Source of the DNA: Candidatus Binatia bacterium
GTDB lineage: Bacteria > Desulfobacterota > Binatia > UBA9968
DNA: 31,911 bases
Direction of reading: 5' to 3'
Assembly (NCBI GenBank): GCA_050735755.1
Contig: JBOHVR010000019.1
Span: 1-31,911 of the forward strand
Shown here: one piece after another, positions 1 through 9,421 of the stretch
Position numbering within the stretch: position 1 is the stretch's first letter
How the letters are laid out: the number at the start of each line of letters is the position of its first letter
The notes under the pieces: generated by a model
The model's input: the letters and a program-made list of their open reading frames with translations, nothing else
Told to the model about the DNA's origin: nothing
The model's database searches: none
Translations under genes and position numbers: made by a program

Positions 1-66
1 CTGTAGCCCCAGCGTTCTCACCTCCCGCTGCCGTGCTACCAGCGCCCGCTGTTTGGCCGCACCCAT
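1..66 (-). CDS. 5' end of a hypothetical gene running off the window (MGAAKQRALVARQREVRTLGLQ...)
   Basis: ATG at 66 on the minus strand, GGGGAGG Shine-Dalgarno just upstream (plus CCTCCCC 74-80), frame open to the window edge; too short to assign. Confidence 0.4.
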   Translation of the reverse strand, partial: MGAAKQRALVARQREVRTLGLQ

Positions 67-110
67 CAGGTGACCTCCCCTAACAAAAATACCGTCACTC
101 TATCATGCGC

Positions 111-314
111 TTACCGAATTCTCACCGTGCGAATCGCTGTTTCTAGGATAAATAAGAAGAATCTATTGCCATGTCCGTTGGTGCCTAATTTGACATCTGT
201 TAGGATTCCGACCTCGGCCTTTGGGACTTCCTTTTCTCCGCCAATCCACACCCACACAGGAGGCCAGTTAGAAATGCCGTGGTAACACATCAACGGATGG
301 CATCGCAGTTCCAT
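111..314 (-). CDS. Small hypothetical protein (MELRCHPLMCYHGISNWPPVWVWIGG...), possibly C-terminally truncated
   Basis: AAGGAG SD before ATG at 314. The HPLMxYxGxxNWPPVW...EVGIL pattern resembles a ~100-aa hypothetical family I recall from Binatia-like genomes (unverified); this copy is 67 aa. Confidence 0.5.
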   Translation of the reverse strand: MELRCHPLMCYHGISNWPPVWVWIGGEKEVPKAEVGILTDVKLGTNGHGNRFFLFILETAIRTVRIR

Positions 315-352
315 GTGCCGCTCCTTGTAGCAATGCAGGGCCGAATCGAGCC

Positions 353-936
353 TTATTCGATGACTGCCAAAAAGGGACTTAGGCATGGGCCAAGTATCAA
401 ATGACCAAAACGCGCGGGCGCCCGGAGCGCGTCATTTACGAGACACTCCCGAATGTTGCCCGGCATAACGATAAGAAACGCAACAGTAATGCCACTCGCC
501 CTGTCTTGGAAAACCCAATTTCCGAGCGTAATCACAAGTTCAACACCGTGTCCGGAGATCGCCCCGAATCCCTGGAGATCAGCATCGTTGCCGACTCGCA
601 CGGGCCTGCGTAGCTTCGATTCCAGCTTCTCGGCCAACCTGAAACCACACCATTTCTCATTCAGATTCGATGCCGTCTCAATGATACCGTTGCGGATCAC
701 CCCGGAAAACCCCACTGCTACGCGGTCATACTTGCCTTGTCTCTTTTAGCCAATCGCCGGATCACGCGCAGCACAGCAGCCGGAGTGGACAAAGATGGCG
801 TTTTTATTCGGCTGCGAACGGTTAACGGACGCCCTGCTTCATCTAAAATGAGGGCCTTGATACCGCTGGCACCGATATCCGCCACCAGGGTTCGAATTCC
901 TCTCCTGTAGCGCCTACGTGAGATCCTCTTCGCCAT
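353..936 (-). pseudogene. ROK-family sugar kinase (polyphosphate glucokinase-like), frameshifted and truncated
   Basis: TLVADIGASGIKA in 718..936, then a frameshift near 742 into QGKYDRVAVGFSGVIRNG...RVGNDADLQGFG...ELVITLG. Similarity stops near 520 where TGxGSA would be expected. Confidence 0.85.
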
Positions 937-1312
937 GCCATCCTAAAGTTAAAGTTGGGAAGCCATCGTTGCTGGCGGATTTATGCTATTGAACACATTG
1001 ATAAACCGACCGTTAATTTGTTCAGCCAATGATGGCCGGATAGTGTTGGCGACATGGTACAAACTTGAGCGACGGCAAACTGATGCCTGCGCAAATTTCG
1101 TTCCACTGGAAATCTGACGGCTCCCCTGTAGTCTTGGACTCAAAACGGTGCAATGCTACGACACCGGCGCGCGGCAAAATCCCAATTTTGCGAACGCCGC
1201 CGTGACGCCAACGCCAGCTTCGAAGCGCACCATCACGCGATGGCGGGCGGGGATGATTCTGCTGTGAGATCGTCCTTCATGGACCTAGCAAGACCCGATC
1301 GCGGCCGCTCCC

Positions 1313-1340
1313 TTGACATGCAACCGAAGAGTTGCATAAT
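1313..1340 (+). promoter_or_regulatory. Sigma-70 promoter overlapped by a probable ArsR operator
   Basis: TTGACA (1313-1318), 16 nt, CATAAT (1335-1340). Perfect inverted repeat ATGCAAC-N6-GTTGCAT (1318-1337) spans the spacer, just upstream of the ArsR start. Confidence 0.8.
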
Positions 1341-1351
1341 AAGTCGATGCG

Positions 1352-1681
1352 ATGGCCACGCAGATCGACAAGGTGTTCAAGGCGCTCGCGGACCCGAGCC
1401 GCAGGAAACTGCTCGATCAGCTCCATACGAACAGCGGGCAAACGTTAAGCGAGCTCTGCGAACACCTGGACATGACGCGCCAGGCAGTAACCAAGCATCT
1501 TGCCTTGTTGGAGGCAGCCAACCTGGTGGTGACGGTCTGGCGTGGGCGCGAGAAGTTGCACTACCTCAATCCTATACCGATTAACGAGATCTATGAACGA
1601 TGGATTGGCAAATACGAGCGTCATCGCCTACGGGCGTTGAGCAAACTCAAGAAGGGTCTCGAAGAGGATAAAAATAAATAA
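1352..1681 (+). CDS. ArsR/SmtB-family transcriptional regulator (SRPBCC-associated type)
   Basis: VFKALADPSRRKLLDQL...MTRQAVTKHLALLEAANLV...GREKLHYLNP winged-HTH signature. Confidence 0.95.
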   Translation: MATQIDKVFKALADPSRRKLLDQLHTNSGQTLSELCEHLDMTRQAVTKHLALLEAANLVVTVWRGREKLHYLNPIPINEIYERWIGKYERHRLRALSKLKKGLEEDKNK

Positions 1682-1701
1682 GTCGAAGAAAGAGAAAAAA
1701 G

Positions 1702-2183
1702 ATGGATAAGCCGGAGTTCGTTTATGTCACCTACATCGCCACAACGCCCGAGAAGTTGTGGAAGCGTTGACGGATGGCGAATTCACTCGACGATATTGGG
1801 GTGGAAGGCGGATTCAATCCGACTGGAAAGCCGGCTCGACCATCCGACACGTTAGGGAAGATGGCGGAATCGATTGGCAGGGCGAGGTACTGCAGTCGCA
1901 GCCGCCTCGGTTGCTTGCCTACACGTTTCACATGCGGATCAGCGACAAACACCACCGCGAACGGCGATCTCGGGTTACCTTCGAACTTCAGCCGATGGGC
2001 TCCGTCGTGAAGCTTATCTTGACCCACGACGATTTCCAGGCAGAGAGCGCGACCTTGGAGACCACGCGTCATGGTTGGCCGGCCATCGTGTCGAGCCTCA
2101 AGAGCCTTCTCGAGACTGGCAGCCCGCTGCCCTTCCAAGGTCTCGGTTTTGGCCCATCTAGCAGAGAGCCTGGTCGACTCTAA
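1702..2183 (+). pseudogene. SRPBCC/AHSA1-like protein with a 1-nt frameshift near 1760
   Basis: ATG 1702 gives MDKPEFVYVTYIATTPEKLW then a stop at 1768. Adding one G (TGG GAA) continues EALTDGEFTRRYWGG...GWPAIVSSLKSLLETG, colinear with the paralogue at 2707. Could be a sequencing error. Confidence 0.85.
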
Positions 2184-2250
2184 TTTGCGCTAGCATGAGG
2201 TACTAACAGTTCGGCAATTCTCCGAATCATTTCTTGGAGGTGAAGAAATC

Positions 2251-2625
2251 ATGAGCAAGGTCAATGTTCGATACATCGTTAGTGATGTCGATGCAGTGAT
2301 CCCCTTCTACACCGAGATGCTAGGTTTCAAACTCGACATGCATCCGGCGCCGGGCTTCGCGAGCTTGTCGCGAGGAGATTTACAGCTATTGCTCAATCGA
2401 GCAGGCGCCGGCGGGGCCGGACAAGCCATGCCGGATGGTCGGCTTCCTGCTCCGGGTGGCTGGAACCGTATCCAGATCGAAGTCGAGGACCTGGAAGCTA
2501 CCGTCGAGAAACTGAAGAGTGCAGGCGGGCGGTTCCGCAACGACATCGTAACCGGCAACGGAGGCAAGCAAATCCTTATCGAGGATCCGTCCGGCAATCC
2601 GATTGAGCTGTTCCAGCCCTTTTGA
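2251..2625 (+). CDS. VOC/glyoxalase-bleomycin resistance family protein
   Basis: VRYIVSDVDA..FYTEMLGF...GGKQILIEDPSGNPIELFQP; GGAGG SD. Confidence 0.93.
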   Translation: MSKVNVRYIVSDVDAVIPFYTEMLGFKLDMHPAPGFASLSRGDLQLLLNRAGAGGAGQAMPDGRLPAPGGWNRIQIEVEDLEATVEKLKSAGGRFRNDIVTGNGGKQILIEDPSGNPIELFQPF

Positions 2626-2706
2626 GTCATTGCCTGCGGGCAGTGAGTCGACTCAAGAGAGGCCTCGAAGAAAACAAAGACAAATAAATGCAAAAGGAGA
2701 AGAAAG

Positions 2707-3228
2707 ATGGAATGGCAACCCAAGACGGTATACGTCACCTACATCGTCACTACGCCCGAGAAACTTTGGACGGGCCTCACGAGTCCTGAGTTCACGCGGC
2801 AGTATTTCTTCGGCGCACGGGTCGAGTCGGATTGGAAGATCGGCTCGGTCGTCAAATACTGGCGGCCGGACGGCACACTCGATGTCCAGGGCAAGGTGCT
2901 GAAGTGCGACCCGCCGCATTTGCTCTCGATTACGTGGCATGTCGAGTGGCATGAAGAATTTCGGAAATTGCCGGAAAACCTCGTGACGTTTCAACTCGAC
3001 CCGCTTGGCGATGTCGTGCGCCTCACGATGACGGAATCTCACCAGGAGTCCATTGACGATAAAATCCTCGAAGGGGGCCGTCGAGGCTGGCCGGTGATCC
3101 TCAGCAGCCTCAAGACGTTTCTGGAAACAGGCCATCCGCTGCCCGAATTCGACATGAGCTATCTGATGGAAGGAGTCCAAGAGGCGGAGAAAGCTCTTAA
3201 AGAAAGCAAACAGAACAAACATGAATAA
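2707..3228 (+). CDS. SRPBCC/AHSA1-like domain protein
   Basis: VYVTYIVTTPEKLW..LTSPEFTRQYFFG..VESDWKIGS...GWPVILSSLKTFLETG; AAGGAG SD. Confidence 0.93.
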   Translation: MEWQPKTVYVTYIVTTPEKLWTGLTSPEFTRQYFFGARVESDWKIGSVVKYWRPDGTLDVQGKVLKCDPPHLLSITWHVEWHEEFRKLPENLVTFQLDPLGDVVRLTMTESHQESIDDKILEGGRRGWPVILSSLKTFLETGHPLPEFDMSYLMEGVQEAEKALKESKQNKHE

Positions 3229-3590
3229 AGGAAACTTCCCTGACACTGCCCATATTTGGCGAACGATGAGCACGAACTCGCAGGCCTCTCCTTTTGCACG
3301 ACGAGCGGAGGGAGTGGGGAAGAGAAGCCCTTTACCAGGAGTCGAAAGATTCTCGAGATTGGCGGTTGCGCAACACCGGGCCGGGCTGTCTTTAGGTCTC
3401 ACGACCGGCAACACACAGCTACTGGGCGCTGCGAGATGGCATCGGCTTTTGCGTTTGACTCAGGCTGGGTGTCGGCAATCTTTAACCGTGAAGATCTCCC
3501 AGCGATTTCCATTCCGGGTCAGTAAAAAAGGCGCCAAAACCGGCCAATCTTGTTCAGATGCGGCCCTAGAAAGATGAGACCATTCAAGAA

Positions 3591-3610
3591 TCTAGCCTAG
3601 CCTAGTCTAG
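3591..3610. repeat. Four tandem 5-bp units containing CTAG (TCTAG CCTAG CCTAG TCTAG)
   Basis: Read directly; the last CTAG is the left end of the adjacent element. Confidence 0.85.
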
Positions 3611-3756
3611 CAGGTTGATGAAAAACCCTTTCGGAGTCCTTCGACGGTGCTCAGGACGAACGGCCGGGACTTGATATTGTTGATGATTTTCCGTTCTGCT
3701 GAGCCTGACGAAGTATGAGGCTCTCGAAGCATTCCCAGTCTTTTTCAGCCTGCTAG
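3607..3756. mobile_element. Non-coding MITE-like element, family A (IS5/IS1182-style ends), carrying a REP-type palindrome pair
   Basis: Imperfect TIRs CTAGCAGGTTGATGAAAAA / TTTTTCAGCCTGCTAG. Inverted internal arms CTTCGACGGTGCTCAGGACGAACGG (3639-3663) and CCGTTCTGCTGAGCCTGACGAAG (3691-3713). Related copy at 16486-16615. IS family assignment is from recalled end motifs. Confidence 0.7.
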
Positions 3757-3845
3757 TGTGGTGTCTCCGAAATCCTTGAATAGATAACGTCATTTTGCGC
3801 CGAAGGCGAACAATCTCTAAAGTCTTTCAGATCCTTCACGGAGTA
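3753..3845 (+). mobile_element. MITE-like element family B (IS630-style CTAGTGT end), left TIR plus truncated GTCAT-type REP core
   Basis: CTAGTGTGGTGTCTCCGAA then GTCATTTTGCGCCGAAGGCGAACAATCT...AGATCCTTCACGGAG; aligns with 9615-9768 and, reversed, with 13007-13111. Confidence 0.75.
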
Positions 3846-3898
3846 TTGAGAACAGAACCGCCCGGCTATTTCCGCAAGCGCCCGCCTGTTGTGCGCGA

Positions 3899-6800
3899 CT
3901 ATTGTTTAAGCTTGGCGGTCCAGCGGTGGGCGAAACGTTGCCGCAGCGCGGCCATACGACGGCTGCTCGATAAGCTCCGCCAGCCGAGCCTCTGGGCGGC
4001 GTCCTCGAAGATCGAGTAAGCCACCGGCGTAACCAGAAGTGTGAGCAGCAAGCACATCGTTTGCCCGCCGATGACAACGATGGCGACCGCGCGTCGCTCC
4101 TCGGCGCCGGGCCCCGAGCCCAATGCGAGCGGTAACATGCCCGCGACCAGGGTCAGAGTCGTCATTAGAATCGGTCGCAGCCGGTCACGATTGCCCCGCA
4201 TGATCGCCGCCAGGCGGTCCATTCCTGCCGCGCGCAGCCGGTTCATGTGATCGATCTGTAAAATCGCGTTTTTCTTCACGACGCCGAAGAGCACCAGGAT
4301 GCCAAGTGCGGAATAGAGGTTCAGGGTATTGCCGGTACACCACAGCGAGAGCATCGCAAACGGCACCGAGAGCGGCAGCGACAGCAGAATCGTCAGTGGA
4401 TGGATGGTGCTTTCGTACTGGGAGGCGAGAATCATATACATAAAGATGATGGACAGGAGGAATGCCCACAAGAACTCGTTAAATGTGCGTTCCAGCTCAC
4501 GTCCTCGGCCGGAAACAGTGGTCGTGTAATCGATGGGGAGGTTCATTTCGCGCACCGCCGCTCGCAAGGCCTCGAGACGATCAGCGAGCGCGAATCCGGG
4601 CGCGATCTGGGCCCGCAAGCTCACCTGACGCTGCCGATCCAGCCGGTCGATACGCGAGGCGCTTTGAGCGGATTCGACCTTCACCAGGTTATCGAGCCGC
4701 ACGAGGCCGGCACCGCCCCGCGGCACATAAAGCCGCGAAATCGTGGCGGTGTTGTCGCGGTCTTGTTGCGTGAGGCGAAGCTGCACGTCGTATTGTTCGT
4801 TCACTGTAGGGTCGTGAAAGCGCGACACTTCCTCGTCGCCACCGACCATAAGACGCAAGGCTGTGGCGATATGTTCTGTATCCACGTTGAGATCGGCGGC
4901 GCGCTTGCGGTCAATGATGACTCGCAGCTCTGGCCTGTCGAGCTTGAGGGTCGTATCGGCATCGATGATACCCAGAGCTTTCGACCGGATTCGCAGTGCA
5001 TCGGCATAAGCCGCCAGCGCCTCAAGATCCGGACCTCGCAACACGAAGTCGATATCCCAGTTGCCGCTGCCGATGTTGAAGGACCTCAGGTTACGGACCG
5101 AGGTGCGCAAATCGGTGAATTTGGCCAGCCGGGCGCGAACTTGCTGCATCACGTCGCGCTGCGACGTGTTGCTGAAGGCGATCCAGGGGTGGCCGTTCAA
5201 GGTCTCGCGCCAGAGCCGGCCGAGGGAGAAGATCCGCTCTTCGTGGGGCGCGATGCGCACGTAGCAGCCGCCTGTAACCACGCCTGACAAGAAGCTCCCG
5301 CCCGCATCGCAAAGCATCAAGCGAACAAAAGGCACGGCGCGTAACTCGCTCTCCACCGCGCGCACAATCTCATCCATTGCAGCGAGGCTGGTGCCCTCGG
5401 GCGCCCTGATGTTCACGTCGAACTCTGCCTCATCTACGTTGGTCGGAATATATTCCTGCTGCACGAGGGTGTAGAGAGGAATGGAAGACAGCGCCACCAT
5501 CGCAGCTACTCCCATGACAACGGCACGGTGCATCATGGACCAGGCGAGCAAGCGTTCATAACGGCGTTCGATCCATCCGTAGAAACCCCGCCGCGACCCC
5601 GCCACGTCGTGATCGCCTCCCGACCCGGTATCCTGGGCACGCAGCATGCGAGCGCTCATCGTGGGTGTCAAGGTAAAGGAAACCAGCAAGCTGACCAGCA
5701 CCGCTACTGCAGCGGTAAGCCCGAACTGGTAAAGAAAACGACCGGAAATGCTCGACATGAAAGAAACAGGGACAAAGATCACCACCAGGCTCAAAGTCGT
5801 GGACATGACCGCGGTTCCGATTTCCGCGGTTGCCGCGCGCGCGGCCTCAAAAGGTTTCATGGATTTCTCTTCGACGAAACGGAAGATGTTTTCCAATACG
5901 ACGATGGCGTCATCGATCACGATGCCCACCATCAAAACCAGCGCGAGCATCGTCACGCTGTTGAGCGTAAAGTCGAGCGCCCACATCATGCCGAAAGTGG
6001 ACACCACTGAGGCGGGAATCGCTACCGCGGCGATTACGGTAGAGCGCCAGTTACGCATGAATGCCAGCACGACAAGCGAGGCGAGAATACTGCCCAGGAT
6101 CAGGTGGACAGTAATCTCGTGCAAAGCCGAATAGATGTAGCGTGACTGGTCACGGATAATCTCGACTTTGACGTCCGCCGGCAACTGATTAGAGAGCCGT
6201 GCAAGGTTCTCTTTCACAGCCTCGATAACGGCGATCGTGTTGGCGCCGGACTGGCGTCGAATTTGGACCTGGACTGTAGGAACGCCGTTGAGGCGCGCGA
6301 TGGAGCGCTGTTCCTTCGTTCCGTCTTCGGCCCAGCCGATGTCCCGGACGCGAATGGGCACGCCGTTCACGCTTGTGATCACGAGATCGTTAAAAGCCCG
6401 GGGGTCGCGGATACGCCCCATCGTGCGCAGCACCTCCTCATACGCGCCGTCGGTAACGTTGCCGCCGGGAGTATCGGCATTCTGCCGCTGGATAGCGTCG
6501 CGAACCGCGGTGATGGGAATTTGATAAGCGGCGAGGCGGTCCGCGTCCACCCAAATATTGATCGCCCGCTCCAATTCGCCCACAAGGCGCACCTCACCCA
6601 CTCCGGCGGCCCGCTCGAGTTGCACTTTGACGATTTTGTCGGCGATTTCCGTTAGCTCCCGGGGGGATCGATCGCCCGAAACGGTAATCGTGAGGATTGG
6701 CGAGTCCTCGTTGTTGAATTTCGAAATCACCGGTGGGTCAGTGTCGCGGGGCAACCGTCTTAGCACCGTAGCGACGCGGTCCCGCACATCCTGGGCGGCG

Positions 6801-7111
6801 CTGTCGATATCGCGTTCCAAATTAAAAGTGGCAATCACGAAGGACGCCCCCTGGCCGGAAATGGAACGCAGCTCATCGATTCCTTCAACGGTATTGACGA
6901 CCTCCTCGATGGGCTGAGAGATGACGGTTTCGATTTCTTCCGGCGAGGCGCCGGGAAGCGAGGTCCGGACAGTTACGTTGGGCAGATCCACGGAAGGAAA
7001 GCGGTCTACGCCCAGGCGAAAATAACTCGTCGCACCGACAACCACCAGCGCCAGAATGATCATCGAAGCAAATACGGGTCGCCGGATGCAGATTTCCGCC
7101 AGTTTTTGCAT
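3899..7111 (-). CDS. RND efflux transporter permease subunit (AcrB/AcrD/AcrF, HAE1-type)
   Basis: 1070 aa; IRRPVFASM start, GIVIDDAIVVLENI motif, GVVKKNAILQID and RLRPILMTT motifs. Confidence 0.97.
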   Translation of the reverse strand: MQKLAEICIRRPVFASMIILALVVVGATSYFRLGVDRFPSVDLPNVTVRTSLPGASPEEIETVISQPIEEVVNTVEGIDELRSISGQGASFVIATFNLERDIDSAAQDVRDRVATVLRRLPRDTDPPVISKFNNEDSPILTITVSGDRSPRELTEIADKIVKVQLERAAGVGEVRLVGELERAINIWVDADRLAAYQIPITAVRDAIQRQNADTPGGNVTDGAYEEVLRTMGRIRDPRAFNDLVITSVNGVPIRVRDIGWAEDGTKEQRSIARLNGVPTVQVQIRRQSGANTIAVIEAVKENLARLSNQLPADVKVEIIRDQSRYIYSALHEITVHLILGSILASLVVLAFMRNWRSTVIAAVAIPASVVSTFGMMWALDFTLNSVTMLALVLMVGIVIDDAIVVLENIFRFVEEKSMKPFEAARAATAEIGTAVMSTTLSLVVIFVPVSFMSSISGRFLYQFGLTAAVAVLVSLLVSFTLTPTMSARMLRAQDTGSGGDHDVAGSRRGFYGWIERRYERLLAWSMMHRAVVMGVAAMVALSSIPLYTLVQQEYIPTNVDEAEFDVNIRAPEGTSLAAMDEIVRAVESELRAVPFVRLMLCDAGGSFLSGVVTGGCYVRIAPHEERIFSLGRLWRETLNGHPWIAFSNTSQRDVMQQVRARLAKFTDLRTSVRNLRSFNIGSGNWDIDFVLRGPDLEALAAYADALRIRSKALGIIDADTTLKLDRPELRVIIDRKRAADLNVDTEHIATALRLMVGGDEEVSRFHDPTVNEQYDVQLRLTQQDRDNTATISRLYVPRGGAGLVRLDNLVKVESAQSASRIDRLDRQRQVSLRAQIAPGFALADRLEALRAAVREMNLPIDYTTTVSGRGRELERTFNEFLWAFLLSIIFMYMILASQYESTIHPLTILLSLPLSVPFAMLSLWCTGNTLNLYSALGILVLFGVVKKNAILQIDHMNRLRAAGMDRLAAIMRGNRDRLRPILMTTLTLVAGMLPLALGSGPGAEERRAVAIVVIGGQTMCLLLTLLVTPVAYSIFEDAAQRLGWRSLSSSRRMAALRQRFAHRWTAKLKQ

Positions 7112-8364
7112 CAGTTTACTACGGTTACGGGCTGGCCGCTCACGAGATTCCCAGGTTGCACGACGACCCGTTCACCCACCGAAACACCTTCAACGATTTC
7201 GACTTGCTCGCCGATCCGCCGGCCCGTGCGCACGCGCTTCTCGACTGCTTTGCCTTGGGCCACCGTCAGGATCTTTTCGATTCCTGCAAACGTCACGATG
7301 GAGTTGCGCGGGACCACGACAATCTGCTGGCCGGCCTCGACGATGATATCCCCTTTCGCAAAGGACCCCGGGCGAAGCGCGCCATTGGCATTTGGAACCT
7401 CCGCCTCAATCAGCAAGGTTCTATTATCCTCCGAGATGGCAGGAGAAAGACGCGCGACGCGGCCGCGGTATTTGTCAGGATCGCCCTCGACCGTAAGCTC
7501 TACTGTCTGGCCGATTCGCACCAACCCCGCTTCGCGCTCAGGCACAGCGAGTCGAAGTCGCAGCGGATCCATGCGCACCAGTGTCACCACGGGCGTCCCT
7601 GCCGCAAGGTACTGACCTACAGATGCCTGCCGTTCGCTCACGGCTCCGTCCATCGGTGAAACAATGACAGTGTCGGCAAGCTGTTGGCGGGCGATCTCGA
7701 GCTCGGAGCGGCGCTGGAAGAGCATACCCTGCCGCTGCCGGACCTCCTCGAGGGCATCCTGGTAACGCCCCTCCGCAACCGCAAATTGAGAAATTGCCGC
7801 ATCGAGCTCGGCGCGCGCTATGAACTTTCGCTCCCAAAGTTCCATCATCCGATCATGCGTCAAGCGGGCCTCTTGGAGCAGCGCCGCCGCTTGGCGTACG
7901 AGCGCCGCTTCCTCTGGGTTAATGCTATCGCTCGTCCCTTCGGGGGGCAGCCCCAGGCGCACCCTCGCTTGCTGGAGAGCCGCCTTGGCTTGATTCACGC
8001 GCAACCGGTAATCTTCCGGGTCGATGCGTGCGATCGCCTGGCCTTTCCGTACGCGGCTCCCGAGATCGACGCTGATCTCGCTAAGACGGCCAACAACCTT
8101 CGCGCCCAAGACCACCAGGTCTTCGGCCGCGAGCGTCCCCGTAGCGCTAACTGTGCGGGCCACACTAATTTGCGCAGCCGGGGCAAGTCGCACCTGTCGT
8201 AGCGCGGTAGCGCTTTCCGGAAGGGCCGTGGCCGGGGGATCGCCGCCACACGCAGTGAGTCCGACCGCCACCATTGCGCAAGCAAGCAGAAGGAGCAACA
8301 CGATGGAACTGCCTTTGCGGCGGATAAAGAAAGGCTTTGCAATTCCCACGCGACTGGATTTCAT
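7111..8364 (-). CDS. RND efflux periplasmic adaptor (membrane fusion protein), lipoprotein
   Basis: Lipobox LTAC, lipoyl half-motifs (VDLGSRVRKGQAIARID; IVSPMDGAV), long helical hairpin, LRPGSF; TGATG overlap with the permease start. Exact start uncertain. Confidence 0.95.
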   Translation of the reverse strand: MKSSRVGIAKPFFIRRKGSSIVLLLLLACAMVAVGLTACGGDPPATALPESATALRQVRLAPAAQISVARTVSATGTLAAEDLVVLGAKVVGRLSEISVDLGSRVRKGQAIARIDPEDYRLRVNQAKAALQQARVRLGLPPEGTSDSINPEEAALVRQAAALLQEARLTHDRMMELWERKFIARAELDAAISQFAVAEGRYQDALEEVRQRQGMLFQRRSELEIARQQLADTVIVSPMDGAVSERQASVGQYLAAGTPVVTLVRMDPLRLRLAVPEREAGLVRIGQTVELTVEGDPDKYRGRVARLSPAISEDNRTLLIEAEVPNANGALRPGSFAKGDIIVEAGQQIVVVPRNSIVTFAGIEKILTVAQGKAVEKRVRTGRRIGEQVEIVEGVSVGERVVVQPGNLVSGQPVTVVN

Positions 8365-8401
8365 CGATTATCCCCAGCGAACGGTACTAGAAGAAAGTCA
8401 T

Positions 8402-9067
8402 TCATCGCGGCCGGTCTTCTTGTGGCCCTGAAAATTCTTTCAATGCCGCGAGCGAAAATTTGATTATATGGTCGGCCAACCGCTCGATGTCTTCCGGCCC
8501 ATAGTTTTGTTCAGGGTACAGTCTCCTGATCACCGGCCGAGCATGGTGGTAATAGACACACTGGCTCAAAATGCTCAGCGTGCACAGGCGCACGGCGGCA
8601 GCGCTGGCCCGCGAACCAAGCGCTTCCCGGATAATAGATGCAAGCTCTTGGTGAATGGGGCGGGCGACTTCTTCCACCAGCATATCAAGAGCACGCGTCG
8701 GTTCGATCATTTCCCGCGTCATGATTTTCGTGTGCCAGCCCGGGCGTCCCTCATCGAAAACGCGATGCAGCAAAGATTGGATGTAAGCGCGCAGTCTGTG
8801 CTCCGCGCCCGCCGCAGGACTCAGGCCGACATTGGGCGGATATTTCATCGCATGCGCCTTAGGCACAGAGCGAAGCACCGCCATGTAGAGGCCTTCTTTG
8901 TCGCCGAAATGGTAATTGACCGCCGCGATATTCGCTCCGGCCCTTTCACAGATTTGCCGGGTAGTGGCCGATTGGTACCCATACTCGGCAAATATCTCTC
9001 CCGCCGCCTCAAGCAGACGCTGCTCCGTTCCTGCTTTCGATTGGCGGTAACCCTTATTGCTGTTCAT
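8402..9067 (-). CDS. TetR-family regulator with CerR/YbiH-type (DUF1956-like) C-terminal domain
   Basis: RLLEAAGEIFAEYGY..ATTRQICERAGANIAAVNYHFGDKEGLY; first gene of the efflux operon. Confidence 0.93.
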   Translation of the reverse strand: MNSNKGYRQSKAGTEQRLLEAAGEIFAEYGYQSATTRQICERAGANIAAVNYHFGDKEGLYMAVLRSVPKAHAMKYPPNVGLSPAAGAEHRLRAYIQSLLHRVFDEGRPGWHTKIMTREMIEPTRALDMLVEEVARPIHQELASIIREALGSRASAAAVRLCTLSILSQCVYYHHARPVIRRLYPEQNYGPEDIERLADHIIKFSLAALKEFSGPQEDRPR

Positions 9068-9393
9068 ATGCTTAAAGCAAGTGTATGAAACGCGTGATTG
9101 AAAAGCAATAAAGCCTTAGACTTCCTGAAAATCAAGAGAAATTGCTAAACGAGAGTAAAAAACGCCGGGCAAACGAGGGTTACACCAGATTGTAAACTCG
9201 GTTAACGCCTTGCACGAGTTGGAAAATGGAGCAATCATGTAGGTTTAGCAGATTATCAGCGCCGGACGCAGCGGAGAGGTGTAAGAAATTAAGACATCTT
9301 CATCTTGTATCGGCGACGTGACTCAACGCAAAATTGCTCCTTCCGCTGCCTCATTGGGCAAGAAACGGCCAAACAGTGCCGTCAAACGCATAA

Positions 9394-9409
9394 TGGCGTG
9401 CCAGTTGCT
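9394..9409 (+). promoter_or_regulatory. Sigma-54 (-24/-12) promoter
   Basis: TGGC-GTGCCAG-TTGCT with exact GG-N10-GC spacing; candidate enhancer TGT-N11-ACA at 9280-9296. Confidence 0.6.
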
Positions 9410-9421
9410 CTGTACATTCCC

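Noticed and set aside
887..900. tRNA-like T-loop motif GGGTTCGAATTCC
   Set aside because: Lies inside the ROK coding sequence on the opposite strand; no acceptor, D or anticodon stems could be built.
2627..2646. Hairpin TCATTGCC-TGCG-GGCAGTGA after the VOC gene as a terminator
   Set aside because: No U-tract and the operon appears to continue; at most an mRNA stability element.
3221..3577. 118-aa ORF overlapping the SRPBCC stop
   Set aside because: No recognisable motif, atypical composition, competing ORFs in other frames.
3602..3793. Short ORFs over repeats (3602..3793, 9513..9719, 12827..13021, 16558..16740, 31657..31884, 31692..31904)
   Set aside because: They overlap MITE/REP palindromes and have no protein-family motifs.
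4400..8202. Long plus-strand ORFs opposite the RND and MFP genes
   Set aside because: Antisense shadows expected from GC-rich codon bias.
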